Positions 19,588 through 28,494 of a DNA stretch of 64,000 nt are shown in pieces; within the stretch, counting starts at the first letter, position 1, and the number at the start of each line of letters is the position of its first letter. A program made the position numbers and the translations under genes. A model generated the notes under the pieces. It saw nothing but the letters and a program-made list of their open reading frames with translations, was not told the origin of the DNA and made no database searches. This DNA is from Nitrososphaerota archaeon (GTDB taxonomy: Archaea > Thermoproteota > Nitrososphaeria > Nitrososphaerales > Nitrosopumilaceae), in NCBI GenBank assembly GCA_028867755.1, contig JAGWFT010000001.1, positions 964,727 through 1,028,726 on the forward strand, written 5' to 3'.

Positions 19588-19929
19588 ATGGAAAAATTTG
19601 AGCTCAAGTTTTCTGTAACTAAAAAACCAACAGACAGCCAAGCAAGAAAACTTCAGGAATACTTTGGAGAGATGCCAATGGAGGAAATTCTTTCAGGGCT
19701 TTATTTTGCAAAAAGCAGATGGAGTGCAAAGGACGCAGGAGTGCTAAAGGTAGGAAGAAAAAGCATTATCAAAAAAGAGATCCATTCTGTCACGTCTGAG
19801 CAGGCTCAGTGGAGATTGAAAAACTGGAAGATGATGATTGCAAATTATAGAAGGCTAGGATACAGCTACCCAACAATATCTAGAATAAAAAAGCACTTTG
19901 TAGAGATAAGCAAAAAGCGAACTAGATAG
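19588..19929 (+). CDS. Hypothetical basic protein
   Basis: 113 aa, TTAAATA promoter box about 25 nt upstream; converges on the cdvB paralog. Confidence 0.75.
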   Translation: MEKFELKFSVTKKPTDSQARKLQEYFGEMPMEEILSGLYFAKSRWSAKDAGVLKVGRKSIIKKEIHSVTSEQAQWRLKNWKMMIANYRRLGYSYPTISRIKKHFVEISKKRTR

Positions 19930-20560
19930 TAGCTTGTGTCTTTGTAGTGGAAGGCAAGTTGGACGGAAGGTCGGGGAGTGTCTGTCTGACATGGCCTTCC
20001 AGTACCGCTTGCGCTTCTTCTAAAATTAGGTTTGTCTCCGAGCTTGTCGTATCGACAACAAATTGGCTATCACCACCAACTGAAGAGCCTGCCATAATAT
20101 CTCCTAGAATATTTGACAAGTCCTGCATGGTGTTGCCTGCCTCAGGCATGAGTCCGTTCAAACTGGTTCCTAGGCCCCTTATCACGGACATGCATGGGCT
20201 CAGTGTGACAACCACGTCGCCAAGTTCGGATATAGTGTTTAATCTAATCTGTATCTGCTCCATGGCAAGTTTTGCGCCTGTTACCATAGTATTCATCTTT
20301 CTAATCTCGTGCAATTCAGTAGCATATACGTTAGAATATGGTTTGTTGTGGTTTCGTACTGCATCTACCACTTTTCTGAAAATATAATCGTCTTTTTCCT
20401 TTAGTTTTCGTGAGATAGAGTCAAGTTTTGCTATCTGAAGCTGCAGCTTTTTCTGCGCCTCATCAATCTTTGGCCTTAATGGAGCATCTGGCTTTACCTT
20501 ATCAATCACTTTTTGTGATATGCTTTCTTTTTGTGTGTTCCATTTTGCTGCAAAGTTCAT
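19922..20560 (-). CDS. cdvB: ESCRT-III / CdvB-like (Snf7) protein, paralog outside the cdvABC operon
   Basis: KLQLQIAKLD, ELHEIRKM, LAMEQIQIRLNTISELGDVVVTLSP, ILEEAQAVLE: Snf7 helical pattern typical of thaumarchaeal CdvB. Confidence 0.88.
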   Translation of the reverse strand: MNFAAKWNTQKESISQKVIDKVKPDAPLRPKIDEAQKKLQLQIAKLDSISRKLKEKDDYIFRKVVDAVRNHNKPYSNVYATELHEIRKMNTMVTGAKLAMEQIQIRLNTISELGDVVVTLSPCMSVIRGLGTSLNGLMPEAGNTMQDLSNILGDIMAGSSVGGDSQFVVDTTSSETNLILEEAQAVLEGHVRQTLPDLPSNLPSTTKTQATI

Positions 20561-20667
20561 AATTTTGACTGTGCCTTGATCTGAATTGATATTTTAAACA
20601 TTCATGTTCTGCAAACTAGTGTAACTGCAGTGACAGGGTGCAATAGTTACAACAAAGTTCTACACTT

Positions 20668-20715
20668 TTGATAATTAATGTTTCTAAATTCGAATTTAGA
20701 AACATTAATTATCAA
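20668..20715. repeat. Perfect 48-bp palindrome (copy 3)
   Basis: TTGATAATTAATGTTTCTAAATTCGAATTTAGAAACATTAATTATCAA equals its own reverse complement. Confidence 0.95.
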
Positions 20716-20720
20716 CACGG

Positions 20721-21845
20721 CTAGCCAAACGTAAAGGTAAAGATTTGAAATCCTGGCTTTGCAATAAGGGTAAGTGTGTGCGAGCCTGCCTGCTGCGATG
20801 AGATGACATTGTACAACCTGTTGTCAGATACGTGAACTGTGTCATTTTGAAGGTCTTGCCCTGCATCGCTGCTGGTAACAGGAACTCCATCAAGCAGCAC
20901 CTGCACATCAACATTGGGGCCTGCAGCTACAATGTGCACATCTTTTGCAAAGTAGGGAAGCACAATTTTCCCAGTGTCAGAAGCCAGCTTCATGCTGTCT
21001 GACAGGTTCTGCCAGCTTCCATCCAAGTAGAAATTGTCTTGTTGCAAGTTGGAAGGAAGTGTGTATGTCACTGTAAGGTTTGGATGAAAACCTTCTTGGT
21101 TTCCAAGAAAGCTTCGACCTGTTGCAAAGTCATATCCAAAATAAAGTTCTGGTGTTTGCTGGTCAGAAAACTGGTGCGGCGCAATATCTGCTAGTGGCAT
21201 GCTTGCATTGACATTTAGTCCAAGTGCCTGTGATCGTTGGTCCAAGAGTTGTTGTATAGTTTTTTCTGTTTGATCGTAATCTCCTTCTCCAAAGTGTACA
21301 TGTCGTATGTGTCCAAGATAGTCTGTCATGTATTCTGCAGGCCAGTACCTGTTGCCAAATGCATCCCATGTATTGTGATCGCTGTCTAGTACCACAGGAT
21401 ATGTTATGTTGTATTTTTGCACTGCCATCTTTACGTTATCAATATTTTTTTCAAACTCAAATTCTGGTGAATGGATTCCAACTATTAGCAATCCCTTGTC
21501 TGCATACTTTGCATTCCAGTCTTCAAGATAGGGAAGGGTTCTAAGACAGTTGATGCAACTGTATGTCCAGAAATCATAAAGCACCACTTTGTTTTTCATT
21601 GCTTCTTTTAGCGCATTAGGTGTTGTGTTGACGTAACCTGAAATTCCAACCAAGTCTGGTGCCACTGGATACTGGCTTTCGTTTGATGCTGACAATGACG
21701 CATTGCCAGAAATTGGTTGCGCTAGATTCGAATTTTCACTTATTGCAGCCTTGTCTAGTGACATAAAGTATACTGCAATGCCAGCTATTGCGACTGCTAC
21801 AATTATTCCAGTAATTATTGCACTTTTGATCTCTTTTTTCATCAT
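20721..21845 (-). CDS. Membrane-anchored thioredoxin-like/redoxin protein with DipZ-type C-terminal domain
   Basis: N-terminal TM, DFWTYSCINC, GIHSPEFEFEK, NRYWPA, HFGEGDY, TPELYFG. Confidence 0.9.
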   Translation of the reverse strand: MMKKEIKSAIITGIIVAVAIAGIAVYFMSLDKAAISENSNLAQPISGNASLSASNESQYPVAPDLVGISGYVNTTPNALKEAMKNKVVLYDFWTYSCINCLRTLPYLEDWNAKYADKGLLIVGIHSPEFEFEKNIDNVKMAVQKYNITYPVVLDSDHNTWDAFGNRYWPAEYMTDYLGHIRHVHFGEGDYDQTEKTIQQLLDQRSQALGLNVNASMPLADIAPHQFSDQQTPELYFGYDFATGRSFLGNQEGFHPNLTVTYTLPSNLQQDNFYLDGSWQNLSDSMKLASDTGKIVLPYFAKDVHIVAAGPNVDVQVLLDGVPVTSSDAGQDLQNDTVHVSDNRLYNVISSQQAGSHTLTLIAKPGFQIFTFTFG

Positions 21846-21846
21846 G

Positions 21847-22581
21847 TTATCCTCCTAGCAGGGCGTTGTTTAGCAATGGGAAACTGGCAATGGCTGCAAG
21901 CTGGTTTGTGTACACCAAGACTCCAAGCAGTACTATGAGAGCGCCCATGATGATTGAATAATACTTCAAGTGTTTGCTCATTGACTTGATGAATCTCGTA
22001 AACCTCGAAAAGAACACGCCCATTAGTATGAATGGCACTCCAAGTCCAAGTGAGTAGCTAAGCAACAAAACAAACGCATGGCTTGGCGAGGTAGCGGCAA
22101 GTGTCAAGATGCTGCCCAAGATGGGGCCTATGCAAGGAGTCCAGCCTGTTGCAAAGGCAAGACCGAAGACAAAAGAAAGAGGATAGCTTGCTTTTGCCCT
22201 GCTTGGAATTATCTTCTTTTCAAAATTCAATTTTGATATCTTTGATGACAATAGCATAAAGATCCCAAATGCAATTATTATGATGCCGCCAAGATGATTA
22301 AAGTCTGCAAGTAACTTTCCTGCATTAGTTGACACTACGCTGTTGAGCACAACACCTAGAACTGAAAAAACAACTGTAAATCCGGCTACAAAGAATATGG
22401 TATTTAGCAAAATGTTCAGCCTGCTTGCAACCAAGTTTACTGTGCCGTTGGTTCTCTGGAGCTCAGATAATGTGGTTCCAGAAATGTATGCAAGAAACGC
22501 AGGAATCATGGGAAGAATGCACGGGGCAAGAAAAGAGCTCAGTCCTGCCAAGGCTGCGATTCCTATGCTTAGTTCTACCAT
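21847..22581 (-). CDS. ccdA: CcdA/DsbD-beta transmembrane electron transporter
   Basis: SFLAPCILP and WTPCIGPILG cysteine motifs, about 6 TM. Confidence 0.92.
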   Translation of the reverse strand: MVELSIGIAALAGLSSFLAPCILPMIPAFLAYISGTTLSELQRTNGTVNLVASRLNILLNTIFFVAGFTVVFSVLGVVLNSVVSTNAGKLLADFNHLGGIIIIAFGIFMLLSSKISKLNFEKKIIPSRAKASYPLSFVFGLAFATGWTPCIGPILGSILTLAATSPSHAFVLLLSYSLGLGVPFILMGVFFSRFTRFIKSMSKHLKYYSIIMGALIVLLGVLVYTNQLAAIASFPLLNNALLGG

Positions 22582-22781
22582 GCATTAGATGATCTCTTTT
22601 TTTATTAATACCTTGTTCCAAATCTACTCCAAATCATATCTCTAGGCTTTGGGACAAGAATTTCCTATGGGCCACAAAGTAACTATTACAATACTATGGC
22701 GAGCTGGTATCACCATAGGGCTCGTATGCAAACTAATTCTATATGAATAAAGTTCTAAGCCAATGAAAGGCTTGACAATCT

Positions 22782-22901
22782 ATGGCTTCAAACGAATCAG
22801 ATGAATCTTACCCCACATCTACTACAGAAAATATCCAAGAAGAGACTTCAGAAGTAGATGCAACCGCAGACGAACAAGAAGAAAATCCAAAATTAGAATA
22901 A
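22782..22901 (+). CDS. Putative 39-aa highly acidic peptide (not in ORF track)
   Basis: MASNESDESYPTSTTENIQEETSEVDATADEQEENPKLE*. Confidence 0.45.
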   Translation: MASNESDESYPTSTTENIQEETSEVDATADEQEENPKLE

Positions 22902-22945
22902 AGACATCTCTAATTTTGGGTACCATCTTTTTCTACTTGGCTATA

Positions 22946-24073
22946 TCATATAATGCCAAACTTTTTTCCGGCCCTTTCAAACACGTCTAGTGATTTTGCA
23001 ATGCTCTCATCTGTTAGCCACGAAGTAACAGAAATCCGAATTCTTGCAGAGCCAAGCTGTACAGTAGGATACCTTATTGGCTGTGCAAAAACGCCATTAC
23101 TTGACAAATACCTGCCAAATTCCAATGTTTTTTTCTCATTTCCAATTATGACAGGAATTATCTGGCTCTGTGACTCTATTTGGTATCCGCATGACTCTAG
23201 GCCTTTTCGCATCATGTTTGTGTTTTTCCATAGCTTGACTCTTTTTTGCTCTCTGTTTGAGGATATCTTGTCTAGTGCAACTTGGACTAGAAAGTTTGGC
23301 AGAGCAGAGGTGTAGATAAAAGGCCTTGAGGTGTTAATTGCAAGATCAATGACTTCTTTTTTTGATGCAACATATCCACCAAATGCGCCAAGGCCCTTGC
23401 TGAGGCTGCTGATGTATACATCTATTTTTTTAGACACTCCAAGATATTCTGCAGACCCGCGGCCGTCAGAGCCTGCAACAAAATCCCCGTGGGCATCATC
23501 TAGAATTAAAATCGCATCATGTTTTTTGCACAGCTCTGTTATCTCTTGCAGCCTTGAAAAATCACCATTCATGGAAAAGATGCCTTCAGTAACTACAAAC
23601 TTGCGACGCCTGTCTTTTTGCAGTCTTTTTTCCAGGTCTTGCATGTTGTTATGTTTGTAGATTGCCTTTCTTGCATGCGTTAGTCTACAGGAGTCTATGA
23701 TGCTTGCATGGTTGAGCTCATCGCTTAGTATCACGTCATCTTTTTGTGGCAAAATTGAGATTGCCCCCAGGTTTGCCATGTATCCAGTTGGAAATACAAG
23801 TGCGGATTCCTGGCGCTTGTGTCTTGCAAGTCTTGTCTCTAGTTTTTTAAATAAATTGTCGTTGCCTGAAATCAGCCTTGAGCTTGACTGGGTCTGCATC
23901 GGGAAAATCTTTGTGTATCCTAGTCCAAGGTAATCATTGGAGGACAGATTGACAAGTTTTTTTCTTTTTATGATAACGTATGGACCTAAAACTCTGGCAT
24001 CGTGCAGACTGCGATATAGATTAGATCTTATTCTACCAAGTCTTGCATTTATGAAATTAAATTTAGGCTTCAA
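22946..24073 (-). CDS. bioF: 8-amino-7-oxononanoate synthase
   Basis: SSNDYLGL, SDELNHASIIDSC, DDAHG, SLSKGLG PLP lysine, IRYPTV; in bio cluster. Confidence 0.93.
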   Translation of the reverse strand: MKPKFNFINARLGRIRSNLYRSLHDARVLGPYVIIKRKKLVNLSSNDYLGLGYTKIFPMQTQSSSRLISGNDNLFKKLETRLARHKRQESALVFPTGYMANLGAISILPQKDDVILSDELNHASIIDSCRLTHARKAIYKHNNMQDLEKRLQKDRRRKFVVTEGIFSMNGDFSRLQEITELCKKHDAILILDDAHGDFVAGSDGRGSAEYLGVSKKIDVYISSLSKGLGAFGGYVASKKEVIDLAINTSRPFIYTSALPNFLVQVALDKISSNREQKRVKLWKNTNMMRKGLESCGYQIESQSQIIPVIIGNEKKTLEFGRYLSSNGVFAQPIRYPTVQLGSARIRISVTSWLTDESIAKSLDVFERAGKKFGII

Positions 24074-25043
24074 GGCCTATCTTTGATATCATCTCAAAGT
24101 CCTCAACTGGGGAATTTCCCCCTATCGTGAGATAGCCGCCAGTAATGATGCCGTTAGCACCGCCAAGAAGGGCTTTTTCCTGCTCACTTGACAGATACAC
24201 TTCTCTGCCTCCGGCTATCTTTAGGATGGTCTTTGGCATGAGGAATCTAAATACTGCTATTGTGCGCAGGATCTCAGACAGTGAGAGCCTTGGCTGAACC
24301 TCAAGTGGAGTTCCTTTTTGCGGAACAAGTATGTTTATCGGGCATTCTTCTGGGCTAAGGCCTGCCAAGTCAAGACCAAGCTCAAGTCTTTGCATTCTTG
24401 TCTCTCCCATGCCAATGATTCCACCGCAACACAGCTCAAGACCTACCTTTTTTACTATTTGGTTGGTGTTCATCCTGTCGTCATATGTGTGCGTGGTGCA
24501 TATCTTGGAGAAGAAGCTTCTTGATGATTCAAGATTGTGGTTGTATCTTTTTACTCCAAGCTCTTTGAGTTGCAACGCCATGTGCTCATCTATGAACCCA
24601 AGCGAGCAGTTTACCTCGATTCCAACTTTGTCATTTATCTCTTTGATGATATCGCAAATTTGAGCAAAATCGTTTTGAGTTGGGCCTCGCCATGCGCACA
24701 CAAGACAAAAGCTTTTGACGCCATTGTCTTTTGAGAATTTTGCATTTTGTACTATGGTGTCAGCAGGCAGCAGCTTGTATGTGTCAATTCCGCTCTTGTA
24801 GAATGCAGACTGTGAGCAAAACGAACAGTCTTCTTGGCATTTTCCTTTTTTTGCATTGATTAGAGCTTCGACATCGACTAGATTGCCACTGATCTCTCGT
24901 GTGATCTCATTTGCGGCATTTGATAAAAAGTGTAATGATTCGTCTGATACGTTGACAAGTTTTTCAGCTTCTTCTTGGGTGATGGTGTGACCTGACAGCA
25001 CCTTGTTCTTGCATAACGTGATAAACTCAATCTCTTGGCTCAC
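24063..25043 (-). CDS. bioB: Biotin synthase (radical SAM)
   Basis: CQEDCSFCSQS, YNHNLE, LCCGGIIGMGE, PINIL, IAGGRE; GTG start. Confidence 0.97.
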   Translation of the reverse strand: MSQEIEFITLCKNKVLSGHTITQEEAEKLVNVSDESLHFLSNAANEITREISGNLVDVEALINAKKGKCQEDCSFCSQSAFYKSGIDTYKLLPADTIVQNAKFSKDNGVKSFCLVCAWRGPTQNDFAQICDIIKEINDKVGIEVNCSLGFIDEHMALQLKELGVKRYNHNLESSRSFFSKICTTHTYDDRMNTNQIVKKVGLELCCGGIIGMGETRMQRLELGLDLAGLSPEECPINILVPQKGTPLEVQPRLSLSEILRTIAVFRFLMPKTILKIAGGREVYLSSEQEKALLGGANGIITGGYLTIGGNSPVEDFEMISKIGLEA

Positions 25044-25082
25044 AACATGATTTTTCTGACTCTATTAATTAAGATTATTATG

Positions 25083-25110
25083 GTAAACCAGTGATATGCC
25101 TATGGTTTAC
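25083..25110. promoter_or_regulatory. BirA-type biotin operator candidate upstream of bioB
   Basis: GTAAACC-N14-GGTTTAC inverted repeat just upstream of the TTAATTAA box preceding bioB. Confidence 0.55.
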
Positions 25111-25138
25111 TGTTTTTTTAAAATACTGCCAAGACTTG

Positions 25139-26452
25139 TCATATCTTTTTTGCAACCTTTCTGATAGTGTCTATTGTCCCATCAATCAAAAAGTCAAGTT
25201 CTGTTTCTGGTATCGCAAGAGGGGGTACAAGCATGACTATGTGGCCAAGCGTTCTGAGGTAAATCTTGTGTTTTTTTGCCTCGCTGAAGATCTTTTTCTG
25301 TATATTTTTCTCAGGTGCAACAGGTGATTTTCTTGCCTTGCTGCTGACAAGCTCTATTCCCATTAACATTCCCTTGTGTCTTACGTCTCCGACCAGTTCT
25401 AGTTCTGATATCTCATCTACTCTCTTTTGTAGTTGCAAGGAGCGTTTTTTGACTTGGGAGATAATGCTGTATTTTTTGTAAAGTGAAAGGTTTGAGATTG
25501 CAGTTGCACAGGCCAGCGGATTTCCTGTAAATGTGTGCCCGTGGAAAAAGTGCCGCATGTCTTGGTATCTTCCCAAGAAAGCGTCATAGACCTTTTTGCT
25601 TGCAAGCGTGGCTGCAAGAGGAAGATAGCCAGCAGTTAGCATCTTGCCAAAAGAAACTATATCCGGGATGCTTTTCTGGCTCTGGTATTCTATCATGGAA
25701 CCCAGTCTTCCAAAACCTGTAGCAATCTCATCAAGAATGAATAAAACGTCGTGTTTTTTGCACAGGGCGCCGATCTTTCTCTGAAATCCGTCTGGGTATA
25801 TGATGACGCCGCCAGCTACCTGGGCTCCGCTTTCCATGACAAAGGCAGCAATGTTGTCATTTTGTGAGAGTGTTTTTTCTATCCTATCTATGCATTTATC
25901 CTGAAATTCTTCCAAAGTAAAGCCGCTTGGTATTCTGTAACTGTTTGGTACTGGAATTCTAATTGTAGGAAACAGCGTTGATTTGTATCTTGAAAAAAAA
26001 GAATGAACATATCCCAATGACATTGCACCAATGGTATCTCCATGATATCCATTTTCAAGTGTGACAAACTTTGTTTTTTTCTTCTTGCCCTTGTTGTGCC
26101 AGTACTGCAAGGCCATCTTTGCAGAAATTTCCATTGCAGTAGAGCCATCGTCTGAATAAAACACCTTGTGCATGCCAGGAGCTAGCCCCACAAGCTTTGC
26201 CGCAAGGTCTTCTGCCTTGTCATTTGTCAGGTTGAAAAGAGACGAGTGCTGTAGTTTCCTTGTCTGTGTTATCATTGCCCTTACAAGTTCATCTTTTGAG
26301 TGACCCCATACGTTGCACCACATGCTTGCAACCCCATCTAGCATGCGGTTTCCTTTAGAATCTTGGAGCCACATGCCTTTTCCACTTGTTATAACATCAA
26401 AGTCTGGCCATTGATTCATCTGTGTATATGGATGCCAAACATAACTGTGCAT
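25139..26452 (-). CDS. bioA: Adenosylmethionine-8-amino-7-oxononanoate aminotransferase
   Basis: WHPYTQM, DGVASMWCNVWGH, YHGDTIGAMS, DEIATGFGR, GKMLTAGYLP, HGHTFTGNP. Confidence 0.97.
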   Translation of the reverse strand: MHSYVWHPYTQMNQWPDFDVITSGKGMWLQDSKGNRMLDGVASMWCNVWGHSKDELVRAMITQTRKLQHSSLFNLTNDKAEDLAAKLVGLAPGMHKVFYSDDGSTAMEISAKMALQYWHNKGKKKKTKFVTLENGYHGDTIGAMSLGYVHSFFSRYKSTLFPTIRIPVPNSYRIPSGFTLEEFQDKCIDRIEKTLSQNDNIAAFVMESGAQVAGGVIIYPDGFQRKIGALCKKHDVLFILDEIATGFGRLGSMIEYQSQKSIPDIVSFGKMLTAGYLPLAATLASKKVYDAFLGRYQDMRHFFHGHTFTGNPLACATAISNLSLYKKYSIISQVKKRSLQLQKRVDEISELELVGDVRHKGMLMGIELVSSKARKSPVAPEKNIQKKIFSEAKKHKIYLRTLGHIVMLVPPLAIPETELDFLIDGTIDTIRKVAKKI

Positions 26453-26532
26453 GTGGCAGTCTCTAAACTGGTCACATTAATAATTATTTTAAACATGGTA
26501 TCATACGGTGAATTATTAAACAACAAGTGTGA

Positions 26533-27234
26533 TTGTCTACTGTGAAATCATACTTTATCACAGGAACTGATACTGGTGTTGGCAAGACTGCTATTACTGC
26601 TGCACTTGCAGCCTCTCTTAGAAAACGTAACATAGATGTTGGCGTGATGAAGCCAGTTGCAAGCGGAGTTGCAAGAAAGACTGGATTTAGGTCGTCTGAT
26701 GTTGCATTGTTGCACGAGGCGGCTCAAGTAAACGATAAAGAAGAGATGATAAACCCAGTGTTCTTACCGCTATCTGTATCTCCATTTGATGCAGCCAAGA
26801 TACTAAATCTAAAAATAGATATGAAAATCGTGTTTGAAAGATTTCACTCTCTTCTCAAGGCACACCAGATGTTGCTTGTAGAGGGCATTGGTGGAATAAT
26901 GACTCCGATTGCAAGGGATTTTTTTGTTGCAGACATGATAAAAGAGATGGAACTAGAAACCATCATTGTTACACGTGCGACTCTTGGTACACTAAACCAC
27001 ACCATCATGACAGTGAAGATGTGCAAAGAATATGGAATTACAGTCAAGGGCATTATAATTAATTACTTTGACGAAAAAGGAAGCCCAGCAGAAAGAAATG
27101 CCCCGTCAACTTTGCATGAAATTACTGGCCTGACAATTCTTGGAACAGTTCCTTTTGTAAAAGACTATCAAAAGCTAGAGACAATGACAAGTGCTGTAGA
27201 AAAAAATGTCAACTTGGACTTGTTCATATCCTGA
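26533..27234 (+). CDS. bioD: Dethiobiotin synthase
   Basis: FITGTDTGVGKT, MKPVASG, VEGIGG, LGTLNHT. Confidence 0.97.
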   Translation: MSTVKSYFITGTDTGVGKTAITAALAASLRKRNIDVGVMKPVASGVARKTGFRSSDVALLHEAAQVNDKEEMINPVFLPLSVSPFDAAKILNLKIDMKIVFERFHSLLKAHQMLLVEGIGGIMTPIARDFFVADMIKEMELETIIVTRATLGTLNHTIMTVKMCKEYGITVKGIIINYFDEKGSPAERNAPSTLHEITGLTILGTVPFVKDYQKLETMTSAVEKNVNLDLFIS

Positions 27235-27769
27235 AGATCTTCAGCTTTGTCTGTTTCTTGCCTGCGGAAAAACCGATTAGATCATTTATTATGTTTGCAA
27301 ATGTAAATTGATCCTTATCTAGGGAATAAATTTTGGCATCTGACGAAATTGGTTTGTCTGTGACAAGCCATATGTTTTCAGACTTTGGCTGGATTTTTTT
27401 TATCTTGTTTACCTGCTCGTTTATTTCTTGTACCTTGTCTGTCTTTGAAAAACAAATGATTATTGCATCCTCTGGGGACAAGGAAAGTGTCTTGGTATCA
27501 GGTACTGCAACATCGATATCAACAGAATCAAGTTCTGTCTTTCGCTGGCTTGGAATCAAGGCAACTGTTAACATATAGTGGGTGAGACCTTCTGCCAATG
27601 CTCCTCGAGTTTCTGGCTTGTTGCCTCCTATCTTGTCAAGATTGGGCACACAATGGCTAAAAATTGCATTTATGGTCTCTGAGCTCTCGCCCTGTGCAAT
27701 GTCTGAGAGTATTCGCCTCTCTTCATAGTCAGAGATGGCTTGGTACAATATGTCTTTTAGCTCCAACAC
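27224..27769 (-). CDS. Hypothetical protein
   Basis: 181-aa ORF (TTG start), globular alpha/beta-like composition. Confidence 0.75.
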   Translation of the reverse strand: MLELKDILYQAISDYEERRILSDIAQGESSETINAIFSHCVPNLDKIGGNKPETRGALAEGLTHYMLTVALIPSQRKTELDSVDIDVAVPDTKTLSLSPEDAIIICFSKTDKVQEINEQVNKIKKIQPKSENIWLVTDKPISSDAKIYSLDKDQFTFANIINDLIGFSAGKKQTKLKIFRI

Positions 27770-27906
27770 AGACCTGATGTCATGATGATAATTAAAACAT
27801 AATCAATAAACCCAAAACATGCAAATCAGACACTGCTTTAAATTGTAGATATATTGCACGGAATTCTATCGCAGATAACCTGTTATCTATACCCAAATAG
27901 TATGTT

Positions 27907-28494
27907 TTATTTTTTGAATTTTTTGCTTGTGTATCTTGTCAGTCCTACTTTTTTTAGCTCTTCGGATTCTCTGAGAACTGATTTATGCTGGTTTTCTTTG
28001 TACTGTTTTAGTTTTTTTCGCAGATCAGAAAATTCATTTGCCAATATCTTTGCTGCATACAGGCCAGCGTTTGCAGCCTTGTTTACGCCAACTGTAGCAA
28101 CTGGTGAACCAGTGGGCATCTCTGATATGGATAAAAGAGAATCTAGCCCCCCAAAAGCAGAAACCTTGAAGCGGTCTGACTGGCCCTTGTCGTTATACAC
28201 CATTATTGGCACACCTATAACAGGTATTACAGTGTGTGATGCAATCATTCCTGGAAGATGTGCAGATCCGCCGGCTCCTGCAATTATTACCTTGAATCCT
28301 TCTCTTTCAGCGTGTCTTGCATAATCTAGCAGTCTTGTAGGAGTTCTGTGTGCTGATACTATCTGGTCTTCGTGTTTTATCCCAAACTCGTCTAGAATCA
28401 TTGCTGCTGAATGCATTATCTTGCTATCAGAACTTGAGCCCATGATTATTCCAACCAAGGGTTTTTTCAAATAAGTCATAAGATGGTGCGGCAT
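27907..28494 (-). CDS. purE: N5-CAIR mutase / AIR carboxylase catalytic subunit (true start may be ATG at 28479)
   Basis: IIMGSSSD, SAHRTP, AGAGGSAHLPGM, GLDSLLSI.MP.GSPVATV. Confidence 0.97.
   Translation of the reverse strand: MPHHLMTYLKKPLVGIIMGSSSDSKIMHSAAMILDEFGIKHEDQIVSAHRTPTRLLDYARHAEREGFKVIIAGAGGSAHLPGMIASHTVIPVIGVPIMVYNDKGQSDRFKVSAFGGLDSLLSISEMPTGSPVATVGVNKAANAGLYAAKILANEFSDLRKKLKQYKENQHKSVLRESEELKKVGLTRYTSKKFKK

Noticed and set aside
16560-20715. Classical tRNA-integrated provirus (attL/attR duplication of the tRNA-Asn 3' end)
   Set aside because: I could not find a second copy of the tRNA 3' end (CTGACGGGTGGCG) by eye, and there is no integrase within the block.
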